Assembly (NCBI RefSeq): GCF_009914755.1
Contig: NC_060930.1
Source: the human T2T-CHM13v2.0 reference genome, Homo sapiens
DNA: 64,000 nt
Strand: one strand, 5' to 3'
The notes under the pieces were generated by a model, which saw nothing but the letters and a program-made list of their open reading frames with translations, was not told the origin of the DNA and did no database searches. The position numbers and the translations under genes were made by a program. Below are positions 40,618 to 54,492 of the stretch, piece by piece (the stretch's first letter is position 1; each line of letters opens with the position of its first letter).

Positions 40618-42767
40618 TAGATTATCTTATTTATTCCTTGCAATAAGTCTGTAAAAGTAGGTGCCATTACATTTTAGAGATGAGAAAACGGAGGTTCAGT
40701 GGTTCTAGGTGACTTGTCTGAGGTTATCTGAGTAGAAGGTGACAGGGTTGGGATTTGAACCAATGTCTGGCCCCAAAGCCTGGATGCGTCCCTTTATACA
40801 CACAGGCTCTTCTAATGAAAATGGGGCATTTATTTCTGTATATACTGTGGCTACGTTCTCCAAACAGTTCGGAGCTTTAGAAAATATTTTGAGAATTCTC
40901 ACTCAGATAGACTTTCCGGCAAATACAACTTATTTTGCTTGAGAATTTCCCTGTTTCTTGCACCTTTGTCTATTCAGCTTGGAGAACCAACCTTGGGGAA
41001 CAAAATCTCCCTCCACCTATCACAGACATTTTCTTTGAGACAGCAGCTGAGCCACCATCCACAGCTTCACCTATCAAGACAGGTGTCTCTGTTTTCCATG
41101 AAAGGTGTGACTGCCGGAGATCTCTGTCTTCAGCATTCTCCACCCTTCCCTCCCAGTGCTGCAGAAAGCCTGGCATAGGGTCAGGCTGGTGAGGCTGGAT
41201 CCAGGCCTACCTTCTTGAACTTTAAGCCGTAAGTGGGACATTTACAAGGGAAAGATCCCTTCTGTGGAATCTCACTGTGAAGTTTCAAGGGCTGCTGCCC
41301 CACGCCCACTATGGGCGCTCATAGCCAGGGCTTCTCTGCGTGTCTTACTCTCATCTCTACATCTTTCACTCTCACCGTTATCTCTGAAGAACCAAAGGGA
41401 GAAATCACAGGAGTTGGAAATTCCGATGAACCTTTTGCTCTTAGTTGTTGTGCTGAGGCTGGGTGAGTCTCATTTTTAGAAGAAGATGGTGAGAGATTAG
41501 TGACCGTGGCTGCTAATCAGCCTTCATCTGAGGAGGAGGACTGCAGAGCCCCATTTTGTCAAAATGAGAGGGAAAATAAGGCAATGAGGCATGTGAAAGG
41601 GAAATGTGTTTTTATTTCCTTAAAACCATGCTTTACTGAAAGAGGCACACTGCTTGGGTCTCAGGCGCCCGAGGTGGACTCTGAAAGCTGGCTCTGAGAA
41701 GGGAGCGGGAGGGCAGAGAAGGGGAAAACCCATCTGGGACTTTAGCGAATTTTGAGCTATTCAAAAGTTGTTGATCTTGCCAGATTCCAACTTCTGACAG
41801 CTGCTAAATATGGCACCTGAGAAAATAGCTTTGATTTTGTAATTTGGAAATGGGAAGGGAAAATTCATTAGGGTTAAATGCACAGAAAGAACACCAGCGG
41901 CTTTCCTGTGTCCATCCAGAGGCTTTTAGAGACTTATTGAGTCCTGGTACACAGAGAGTAGATGTGAGGTCCCGCAAGGACGAAAAAGACATTTCCTCCC
42001 CTCTGAGCTTGGGCACTAACAATGACAAGCTGAAGGCAAAGGCTGTTAGGAATTCGCCTCTATGCAACATCCCCCTCTACTGGATTCTTGCATGGAAAAC
42101 AGCACCCTTACAGCCTCTGCTGCCCTAGAAGGTTTTCAGAGCTCTTTCTCTATGTTAACACACACTTTGGAGTCGCCAAGGCAATTTCCCCTCCCTTCTC
42201 TATTATTTCCTTGATTAAGATGAAACATTCTGTAAATGCACACACATCCAAGAAAGATAAGACACCAGAGAGAGAGGAATGAAATGATGATGGGGTCAGT
42301 GTGGAATTTTAGGACTCCAGAAGATTGGGTTGTTTACCTAGTGTGGGATTGAGGGCCAGAGAGGGGGGCCTTGCTGGAGGCACACAGCTCGTAAAAGGCA
42401 ACACTTATGCTGGAACCCCACCTCTCCCGACTCCCCTTTAGTGCTCTTTCTCATGTGACAGAGTGACATGTATATTCAGAGTGATTGAACCTTGAACGTG
42501 GTTTCTGGTCATGGAAACCACAGGGCTTGTCTAAGGAGAAGGTGATCCTTCTGATTGTTTCTCTTGCAAGATCTCCTTCTCTGACCTGGGTGGACTTACT
42601 GCAGTTGCAACTGACCCCAGGGAATGGGGTCAGAAATGGTCTGGCCCCAGGTCATTGGTGATCCATAGACCATAAGTCCAGGCAGGGAGCCTGATACCAT
42701 GAGAAGCACCTTCATGTCTTCCCCAGTCACAGGGCTGGGGCCTTCCCTATTAGAGTCAAGTGCATCT

Positions 42768-42980
42768 ACAGCAGTCTGCCCAGTAGAAATTTCCACAATG
42801 GTGGAAATGAGCCATGTCTGCACTGTCTAATATGTAGCCACCAGCCACATGTGACTTCTGAGTCCTTGAAATGTGGCTAGGGTGACTGAGGAACTGAATT
42901 TTGAATTGTATTTAATTGTAATTAATTTAAATTTAAATAGTTACATGTGTCTAGTGGCTACTTGATGGACAGGACAGTTC
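42768..42980. mobile_element. MER3-like hAT MITE
   Basis: CACTGTCTAATATGTAGCCACCAGCCACATGTG..TTGAAATGTGGCTAG..GAGGAACTGAATTTT..AATTTAAATTTAAATAG. Confidence 0.75.
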
Positions 42981-44389
42981 TAGGAAAGACTTGTTGACAT
43001 ATATACATCACTTGGCCAATGAGACAGTAGTTTTCTTATTAGGTGCTGCTTGATAATTGGCAGGGCTGCGAGCAGAGGACAGAACCTGGGATGTGGCAGA
43101 ACAGCTTGTACAAGCAGTGCTGGAGCAGGAGGAAAAACACCAAGGCTAAACTCTTGCTTCTGCCCCAGAGTAGCCGCATGAATTTGGGAAACACTTGGGA
43201 CTCCATGTCTTCATCTGTAAAATGGGGAGGTGATTTGGTTCTCCACCTCTTTGCCTCAAAGGAGCCCTTTTATTATTTTTCCTCTATTGATTCTTTTTTA
43301 GACAAAAAAGCCTGTCTATGACACAAGCAACATTTACTGAAAGAGGAATTGTTGACATTTAAAATGACAAACTTGTAATCAGAATCTTTAACACCAGCTA
43401 ACTAGAATGAACACAGTGAGTGGATATAATTCCATCCAAAAGCAAAGCACCTGAGGCATAATTAGCCTGTCTGGTCTCATGTGTAGCACACTCATATGCT
43501 TATGAATGGCTTTAAAAATACGAAGAATACCTCTAGGACTCCCGTTATGGCCTGCTAGGACATTTAGGGGGCTCAGGGACCCAGGTTAGGATCCAGATGA
43601 GATGATCTCTACCTTCCTTCTGGGTCTTAGAGTTATGAGTCCAAGGAGGATTTGATGGGAGGATGTGGTCAGGAGTGAACAAGTTAGTACAGCACTTTTG
43701 GGGGAATCTGGGCCTTGTTGAGGGGAGGACACTGAAATGTAGATGGGAAAACCATGCAGGAGAATCTCACCTGATTCACGCTTTTGCTTAGGGCACTGCT
43801 TGGGGGCTACTGGAAAATGTTAGAGCCATCTGGGCCAGAGATGGCATCCGGATCAGGCAGCCACCAGCTGCCAGCCACCATACCAGGCTGTTCTTCTTTC
43901 CCTCTGGGCACCACCTCCAACAGTGGGGGACAGGGCATGAGGCAAAGGGCCATTTGCCTCCCAGCATGCGACCCTCAGAGGCTGTGGAGGTGCCACAGAG
44001 AGGGTGGTGGGAGGAAACCCAGAGCAATGAAGCAGAACCTGAGAAAACTTCACACAGGAAGCTGCAAGGAAGCTCCTTCTCCCGCTCAGAGGGTCTGTGA
44101 GAGTGGAATGTTCTCTTTGAAGGATGTGCTTTCAGGCCGAGCTGACATCTGTGCAGCACTTCTGCATGCTCTGGCCTCAGTTACCTCATTGGATTCATAC
44201 AGTAGTTTTCTAGGAGGGAGAAGATATTAGTCCACCTTACAGGCAAGTAAGCAAAGGACCTGGGAGGCCAAAGACCAGCATGAGATTATTTAGCTTGCAG
44301 ATGGCAGCTCTGGTATTCACACCCAGGACGGTGGAGGCTCTGACCCTAGGCAGTATGCCCTGACCCTGTGATACGCTGCCTCTGATGAC

Positions 44390-44411
44390 AGGACATGACC
44401 TGTGATGACCT
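44390..44411 (-). promoter_or_regulatory. Candidate nuclear-receptor element: perfect DR4 with overlapping IR0
   Basis: TGACCTgtgaTGACCT (44396-44411) = AGGTCA-N4-AGGTCA on minus; AGGACATGACCT (44390-44401). Motif only, no binding data. Confidence 0.4.
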
Positions 44412-47400
44412 CATCGCTGTTGCTCCTATTACCTGGTACCGTCTTGGGAAAGGACACCTCCTTTAACTCAAAACCAAGAATGATCTCTCCTTGGTTTTCA
44501 CATCTTCTGTCCTTTACTTATTGTGGCTGGTTTATGTGTATAGGTTTTGATTTTTCAAAGATCTTTTTCACACAATCTAATTTTATTTTCTCAAGAACCC
44601 TTGTACGTAGGTGGAGCCAACCTCCTTGTTCCTACTTTACAGATGTATAAACTGAGGCCCAGAGAGATACATGACTTTGTCATTGACTACAGGGTTCGAT
44701 TGACTAAGTAAAAGAAATTTTCTGGCTGGTACATTTTTGCCCTTTTGACCTCTACATCTGAAGTATCCACCTTATAATGTCAGTACCCTTCTGACACTTT
44801 TTGTTGTTGGTGGTGGTAAAAAAGAGGTCTTTATTCACTCCAGTTTTGATCATGAATCAGTGTGCTCCTAATCTCAGCAATTTTTGTAGTAAGGATAGAG
44901 GTCTTAAAGTCTTTAGATGGTTCAAAAATCTTGTGAGAACAGGATTTTCTCAGTGTTTGTGGGTGTCTGTATTATTCCATTCTTTGAGGGACCTCCGAGA
45001 GGTACATCCCTTCGAGGCCAGGTGCAAGCTTCGATATGCTGCATTAGTCATAGCAACTAATGAGCATGAAGGCGCTTTTGAACAGCAGAGCATGCTCTCA
45101 GTGTGGGGACTCTGGTTTCAATAACTTACTTTGTTTGGTCAGGCTGGGGCTTGGTCGAACATGGTGCACAGCGTTGCTTTGTACCTATGCACTTACTTAT
45201 TTTTAAATAAACATTAATTGAGCATCTACTATTTGCCAAATGTTGTTTTCTGCACTTGTGTTGTCATTTTCCCTTTGAATAAGGCTCATGTTTAATTTGG
45301 GTTTTGTTTGGGGAGAGTACCTGGGCATCTGGAATAGGATTAAAATAATCATAGCCCTCTCTTTTCCCTTCTTAACTCTTCAGAATTTATTTCCCAGGGG
45401 ACGGTGTTCAGTTGTTTGATTTTACAATTTATGATGATGGAGGATTTTTTTTTCTTGCATTAAATGCTTGCCAAGGAAGTGTGTTCTACAGAGGGTAGAC
45501 ATCAGGCTGGAATGAGAGTCTGTGGTGAGGACAGCTTGACAGGGGAGGGGCCTGCGACATTAATAAACGGAGATCATAGAGGAACAGGGGTGGGGAGCAC
45601 AGGGCTTTTGTTGGAAAGATATTAATAGGGATAATGCTTACATTCTTAGTTGAAGAAAGTATTTGATCTCCTGAGCATAGCTCTGATGTCCCTTATGATA
45701 TGTATTAAATGTAAAACCTCCCTCCACTCAGAAAGTCATTTGTCAAATCAAGCGGTTGGAAGTTTCTACAAAGTCCGGAGCCTCAGGAAGAAAGACAGGC
45801 ATGGCTGGTCCATCAGCAGCTGTACTGAGATGGAATAGACGGGCTGGGAAGGCTCCGTAGGATGGGGAGCTTCATTACTGGAGTGTTGGCCTATGGTCTG
45901 TTGGGGTCTGAACTGTATAGTTTTGGTGGACAAATGTGGGAGATGGGAAACACAATTAAACTGACATTCATAAAGTACCCATGATGTGCCAGGCATAGAG
46001 TGAGGTGAGGCACTTTTAAATCTATTTTGTTATCTAATTTGGGCGATGATCTGATCACCTGGGGTATATGATTCCTCTTTAAGGGTGGAGTGGGGTTGGG
46101 GAGAGTGGGGAAGAAAGGGAAAGAAGGGGTGGAGAAGAGCCTCAAGCTGCCCCGGGGCCCACTCTAACCTATTCAACCAGAGAAAATGAGTGACTGTAAT
46201 TCAGTGGGTGAGAGAGTGCTTCTAAAGGGCCTTCTGGTCAAAACTATCTCCTCCATTGGACTAAAATTCCAAACAATTGAGCCACTGGTGAATCAGATTT
46301 TAAGCATGAGCTATAGACTCGAGGAGCCCTCTGTTTTTGTTCCTAAAATTCTCTGTGGGAGAAGAAAAGTCCCTTGGCATTAGCATGTGTTTCTTTTTCA
46401 GGTTGATAGAAAACTTGGGGGTTGGTTTCATAGAAAGGGATGGACATTCAAAATTTTACATGGATAGACCCTGCCTCTCCTCCTTAGTACCCACATAGCA
46501 GCAAAGACCATGTCCCACCTTGAGCCTATAAATTTCCTGTGTCGTTCTATGCAGGTGAAGTCCAGCTGTCTGTCAGTCATGAAGGAAGCAGAGGAGGCTG
46601 GTTTGGCCAGGACTGTTGCCTGCCTCTGGTATGGTCCTGGGAGGTAGAGGAGAGATGGGAATGGAGGAAAAGAAGACCTTGCTCACCCACCCAACTGGGC
46701 AGTCAAGTTACTCAAAGGGAACTTTAGGAAAACCGGGCAAGAATGAGAAGAAGGCAACAAAATCAGTTGGAGCTAAAAAGTAGGTTCTTCTAAGGAAAAA
46801 CAAAAGGTGGGCTGTGGATCTAGTAACTGTGATCACACATGAGGATGCAGAATAACAATCATGTCCAGGATACCTCAAGAGTTTCTTGGGTATTATGTTA
46901 AGTGCTTTCTGTGACATATGTGACTTCCTCTTCAAAACTACCATATGAAGAAGATACTGTTGTCACCCACATTTTACAATGGAGCAATCTCAGTCTGGAG
47001 GATTTTCTAGCCTCTAGAATCAAGCAAGAAATACAATTAGTTACATATTTACTGGGACGATAACATCAGAACAAATTAGTAGCTTAAGAGAACATAAATA
47101 TACCTGGTATTGAGATTAGCTCAAATGTCTCTTTAAAGATATGTGGATGATCCACCATTGCAGAATAACACAATTTAAAAACCATATTATGCCAGAATCT
47201 ACATCCAAATGAGTGCTGGGCTGTTAAGAAGATCTGCGCCCCCTTCACCTCCTGCCCAATGTTAACAGCATAAAAACTGGAGCTCCAGGAGGACGGTAGT
47301 TCTCACTTCCAGTGAAGGGGTGCTGGTGTGTGGATGGAAATTTGTCCTGCCTGGAAATTGTAGCTGACTTCTAATGACACCAGCACAGCTGGACATGTGA

Positions 47401-48156
47401 ATATCCTCTGTGGTAGCAGATGGTCATCCTGGGGGAAATGGCTTCAATTTTTGGAAGTTGAGGTCCAGTGAATAAAGTCAATGCTTTTATAAACTTACCT
47501 TTGGAGGGAGAAATGACAAGGCCGATTTTCTTTTATGGTCTATAAATCAACTAGATTCCTAGAAAGAGATTCCAAAAATCTTTTGGCGGCAGCCTTGGAA
47601 TAAGTGTGTATGGATTCCCAAGATGAGAGCTTTGGAGATAGTGTTCATTTGTAGGAATAAGTCCTGATGTTTCAGTAAATAATCAATTCTGTTATCTTGT
47701 ATGTCTTTTTTCCCTGATTAAAATATAAGATCCTGAAGGCTGGGAGGCCAGAGTGGATGCATAGCTGAACTTTGGATAGTGGAATCATTATATGAGGTCA
47801 TGTGTTCCCACCTCTGTGGGGAGCCTTCCCCATGAACAGTAATTCCATTCTCCCATGCGCTGAACAAAATCCATGGAATTAGCCTAACTCTTCTCCTCCT
47901 GCCACCCTCCATGTCCAATCTGTCAGGAAATCCTAATGATTTTCCCTTTAAAATATACCCATCATAAGACTGCTCCTCACAGTCCCACTGCTCTTATCCA
48001 CGCCACCCTCCCCTCTCATCTGAGTAACTGCTGTAGCCGCTTCACTGTTGTCTCTGCCTCCACCTTTGCCTCCTGTGGCCCATTCCCAGCCCTGCAGCTG
48101 TTTGGAAAGCAGGTCATGTCACATCACTCCTCTGTCTACCCAGAACCCTGCAGTGT

Positions 48157-48706
48157 AGATGGTGGTCAGCAGATTAAAGGCTCGCAAAGATGTCCACAGC
48201 CTCATGCCCAGAGCCTGTGAATGTGTTATCTCACATGGCAAAAGGGACTTTTGCAGATGTGATGAACGGTATAGATCTTGAGATGGAAAAAGTATCTTGG
48301 GTGGGTCCAACACAACCTAGGGTGACATGTCTTGGGGACATGAGTCCCTGGGAGCAGAGACCCTTTCCAGGCTGAGGTCAGAGAAGTTGGGTTGTGGGGG
48401 TGGAAGAATAATTAAAGAGTTGTGAAGTGAGGTGGTCTTGACCCTTCATTGCTGGCCTTGAAAATGGAGAAAGGGAACCAAGGTCCAAAGGATGCAGTCA
48501 GCCTCTGGGAGCTGGAAAAGGCAGGGAAAGGGTTTCTCGAGAGGCTCCAGCAAGGGACACAACCCTGCCGACACCCTGATTTTAACACAGTAAGACCCGT
48601 GTTAGACGTTTCCCCTCCAGAACTGTAAGATATTAAATTTGTGTTGTTTTCAGCCACTAAGCATGTGTGTTTATAGCTTTGTTACAGCAGCATTAGGAAA
48701 CTGATA
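48157..48706 (+). mobile_element. MaLR LTR (MLT1D-like)
   Basis: CACATGGCAAAAGGGACTTTGCAGATGTGAT..CCTCCAGAACTGTAAGAT..TTTGTTACAGCAGCATTAGGAAACTGATA. Confidence 0.8.
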
Positions 48707-49173
48707 GAATTTCTCATCCCACTTAAGTTAGTTCCAAAGGTTTGATCACAGCCTCCAAGGCCCTATGTGATCCAGCCCCCATTACCTCTCTGACTTCGCC
48801 TCTTTCTAGGCCCCCTCTTGTTTACCCTGCTTGGGGCAAACGATCTCCATGCTCTTTCCCTGCACACACCAAGAGGGCTCTCGTTTCAGGCCTCTATTCT
48901 TGCAGTTTCCTCAACCTGGGGTGCGTTTCCCATGTGGCATCCTTCCTCTCCCTCTGTTCAAAGCTCTAATAGGGCAGTCCAGGGGTCTTCCGCAGTGCCC
49001 TTAGCTATGACAGCACCCTCTGCTGGCTGGCATTTCCACCCTCTCTTACCCTACTTCTTCCTCTTCATAGTGCTTCCTGGCACCTGACACACAAACAGAC
49101 ACGCACACACATATTTCTATGTTTGTTGGCTTGTTTATTGTCTGTCATCACCCATTAGAAAGTAAGCTCTAGA

Positions 49174-49534
<361 letters not shown>

Positions 49535-50489
49535 TTATCGATGCTTAGAATATGGCACGTAGCAGCTGCTCAATAAACACTTACTGTATGCATGAAGGAA
49601 AAGTGGTTAACAAGACATTAATTGTCACTTGCTATAAACAAACCCTTTGTGATAAAATATTGATCATTCCTTAATTTGGCTGAGCCTAAAATTAGCCCTC
49701 AATAATAAATTCCCTGAACAGGCAAATCTTTTTTTTTAACAATTTTAGACTATGTTGTACACTAGCTGTTTGCATGCAAAGCCCAGAAATAGCATAATTT
49801 TATTACCTCTGTTCCTGCAAGCTGCCTGGGTGGCAACTTCTGCTTAGCAACACAGAGCTAGGGTTCCAGGACAGCTTCACCTCACTGGCCTGGTGACGCT
49901 GGGCAAAGCACTTTCCTCTGGGCCTTTGTTTCCTCCTGGGATGGGGGCTGGACTAGATAATGATTCCTGGACTTCCTCCACCTCTATAAGTCTCAGCGCC
50001 CACTGATTTAATAAATGCCTGGCTCATTCCTGGTGGCTAACTATAAGAAGGTTTAGACACCATTTCTTTTGGTGTCTTTGAGAGACAAATGCTACTTTAT
50101 GCTCTGCCCTGGAAGCACTCCACATTCCTGAGGGTGTGGCTTCTCTCCAGAAGGGAGCACAGGTGGAGTGTGGGTGTGTTTTAGCCAGTGTTATTGCTGG
50201 GGAGACAGGAGAAGAGACATTCAAGGTGAGGGAAGAGAAAACCAGTTAGAGAGGGAGCAGGGGAGAGAAACAGGTCATGACACATGAAAAATTCCTAAGC
50301 TCTTAGGGAGAAAAAATGTCGAATCTGGCTCAAGGATGCTCCTGGCAGGCATACTGAAGGAGGTGAGTGGCTGAGTTAGGAAGAAGTAGGTCTTGAGCGT
50401 GGCTTTTGAATTGACTTCTTTAGATAACAGTTTGGCAATATCTAGTAAAGCCGAAGAGATGTATGCACAATGACCCAGCAGCTCCACTT

Positions 50490-51186
50490 TGCTGTGGGCT
50501 GAATGGTGTCTCCCACAATATTCATATGTTGAAGCCCCTCGTCATCTCTCCACCATTGATGGTATTTGGACATGGGACCTTTGGGAGATAATTAGGTTTA
50601 GATTAGGTCATAAGGGTGGGGCCTTCATTATGGGATTAGTGCCCTTATAAAAGAGACACCAAAGGCCAGGCATGGTGGCTGATGCCTGTAATCCCAGCAC
50701 TTTGGGAAGCTGAGGTGGGCAGATCATGGGGTCAGGAAATCAAGACCATCCTGGCCAACATGGTAAAACCCCGTCTCTACTAAAAATACAAAAAATTAGC
50801 TGGGTGTGGTGGCACATGCCTGTAATCCCAGCTACTCAGGAGGCTGAGGCACGAGAATCACTTGAACCCAAGTGGCAGAGGTTGCAGTGAGTCTAGATCG
50901 TGCCACTGCACTGCAGCCTGGGCGACAGAGCAAGACTCCATCTCAATAAAAAAAAAAAAAAAAAAAAGAGAGACACCAGGGAGCTTGCTGTTTCTCTTTC
51001 CATCATATGAGGATAGGTAGACAAGGAGGCTGCCTATCAGCCAGGACAAGGGCCCTCACCAGGAAGCAGCTATGCCCACACCTTGATTTTAGACTTCTAG
51101 CCCCCAGGACTGTTAGAAAATAAATTTGTGTTGTTTAAGCCACCCAGTCTGTATTCAGTTATGGCAGCCCAAGCTGACTAAGGGAC
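50490..51186 (+). mobile_element. MaLR LTR (MLT1A-like) containing an Alu
   Basis: TGCTGTGGGCTGAATG..ATTCATATGTTGAAGCCC..GGGATTAGTGCCCTTATAAAAGAGAC..TTGTTTAAGCCACCCAGTCT..TATGGCAGCCCAAGCTGACTAAG. Confidence 0.85.
50664..50966 (+). mobile_element. Alu (AluSc-like)
   Basis: GAAATCAAGACCATCCTGGCCAACATGG; TSD ~AGAGACACCA. Confidence 0.95.
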
Positions 51187-52569
51187 ACTCTTGGTATTTA
51201 TACCCTTGAGCAACTCTTGCATGTGTGCACCAAGGGATCAGAATGCTTATAGCACCATCATTGTAGCAAAAAGTGGGAACAAACTAAATGTCCATCAATG
51301 GTAAAAAAAAAAAAAACAAAACAAAACAAAAAAAACTAAATAAATAGTGGTACATTCATATAGTAGAATACTATACAGCAGTAAAAAGGAATGAATTCCA
51401 GCCCATCAACACAGATGAAACTCCCAAGTTGCAGAAGAGTATATGTAATGTGAACTCATTTCTATGAGATTCAGAATCATATAAAACTTAAAAATATATT
51501 ATCACACATATGTGTATATGTGTATATGTACATAGATAGTAAGATTATTGAGAAAAAAGCAAGGTGATAAAAATCCCATAAAATTCAGGAAAGTGTTTAC
51601 TCTGGAGAAGAGGTGAAGGGAATGAGAACTGGGAGGGCACACAGGATTTAAAAGCAATTATAGTGGCTATGTGTTAGGCTTTGTGGTGGGGGCATGGGTT
51701 TTGTTTTGTTATTCTTTATACCTTCTATATAGTGTTATGTATATTATTACATATGTATATGAAATATTTCCTTATTAGAAAAACAACTTAAGCAATGAAA
51801 AAAAACATCATAAAAGCATAGCTTTTGGAGGCAGGCCAACCTGGGCTCTGCTCCAGGTTTTGCAGTTCTATTAATGAGGAATCTGAGCAAGGCTCTTCCC
51901 TCTGTGACTAATGGCATCTCCAAAGAAAACCGGGAATCAAGTGAGAAGAGCCTGTGTATATAGTATGTGTTCCATGATGGGGAGTGATGATAATGAAGGT
52001 GAGAGAGGAAGACCTACAGAGCTATTGAAAAGGCTTTTATTCTTCTCAAGATGATAATAGGTGCCGCAAAAAGTTTCACCAGTGATACCCTGCACATGAA
52101 GCTTTGTGGTTTGCGAACCCTCTCCTCCTTGGAGCTGACACCTCTTTGAGGCAAGTGAGAACAGATAAGTTTGCAAAGGTGGAATGAACTAAAAGGAGTG
52201 ACCGTGAATCCCACCATCAATGTGGGAAATGTTGAACACATCTATTTTAGATCCATCAGACCACAAGTTAGTACAGCTGAAGAGCCTTTGAACAACTCAA
52301 TGAACAAGATCCATTTGGTGAACCTATAGGGAGTCCTGCTCCCTACACTTGGGGCTTGCATATTCTCCCCAGTGTAAATGTTTATAAAAACTGGCCACAT
52401 TTTAGGCAATAAAGAAATCAGGAACACATAGACAATGTTTTCTGACTACAATGCAATTAAGTTAGCAACTAACGACAAAAGGATAACACACACATTTGGA
52501 AATGTGAACATACTACTAAGTAACTTGGGAATCAAAGAAGTAATGTAAAATTTAGCAGAGAGGTTTTAA

Positions 52570-53032
<463 letters not shown>

Positions 53033-54134
53033 TTAGGCCAATGTATAATGTACTGACTGCTTTTATCCTACTCCACTCCTTGCCCTCACCCCACATTGCT
53101 CCCTTTTCTCATATAAAAATCTCCCAGCTGACGGTCGGAGTGGAAGAAAACACATGTTTGTGGAAGGCTGGCTATGTAGCAGGTGCTGGGACAATGAATA
53201 AGATGTAGTTCTTGCCCAGGAAGAGCTCCCAGTTGAAAAGGGGAAAGAAATATTATTATATCCATTTTATGCACTCACAGACACACATAAAGGAGTATAA
53301 TACCCATTATATTCCTATAACATGGGACCATGTCACAAATGCGGTCTCCAGAACTTTGGGATGAAGAGACTGGCAGGACAGAGTGCCCAGAGTGAGGTGG
53401 GCTGTGGAAACGCAGCACAATCCAGAAAAAATATCAGGCTCTTGAAGGGTGGGGTGGAGTTCTTCAGGAGGAGAAGTGGAGGAAGGCCAATGGAAGTGCA
53501 TGGGAGAAGACAGGAGTGAAAGGGCCTGGATATTGAGAAGAATGCTGGGGAGCCCGGTGTGCAGCATAAGGCGCTATGGGTGGGGTGTGCCAACTGAAGG
53601 GCCATGAGCTCCCTGCAGGGGCCAAACCACAAGAGGCCCTCAATTCTAAGGACCCTAAGGAGTTGGAGTTGTATTTGTAAATGAAGGGGAGTTAGCAAAG
53701 CATTTTAGAAAGGGAAGCGACAGGGACTGATATGGGCTGTTTTAAAAAGCAATTGCTGTCAGAAGAGGACAAGATGAATGGGAAGGAGGGGAGAGCAGTG
53801 CCAGACAGCCAGCGATGATCGGGGTGAGGGTGATGAAAGTGTGATAAATGAATTCTTGGATGCTGGAGACTGATACTCAATGTGCTATCCCTCCCAGAAA
53901 TTTTAATATTTTGACAGAGGACACTATCTTAACCCAAAGGAATGAAACTCCAAAGATGGTAATTCCTTGGATTGTGACAAGTCTTCAGGAGAGAGTTTTT
54001 TAAGGGGCCATTAGAGTCCTTTAAGTAGGCACCATGGAGGTGGGGGTCACCACACTGCCTTCTGCGCTGTTCCTGGTTATAGTCAACATGGATCTTAGTC
54101 CTGTTGCATTGTAAGTATTAGGAAAAGAGTTGTA

Positions 54135-54492
<358 letters not shown>

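Larger units (their letters stand above)
50410..51800 (+). mobile_element. Old L1M 3' fragment interrupted by MLT1A
   Basis: AACAGTTTGGCAATATCTAGTAAAG..TGACCCAGCA | AACAAACTAAATGTCCATCAATGG..GAATACTATACAGCAGTAAAAAGGAATGAA. Confidence 0.7.

Noticed and set aside
47499-47558. 60-nt minus-strand exon-like unit with AAG|GTAAGT
   Set aside because: Stops in all three frames and no supporting neighbouring exons.
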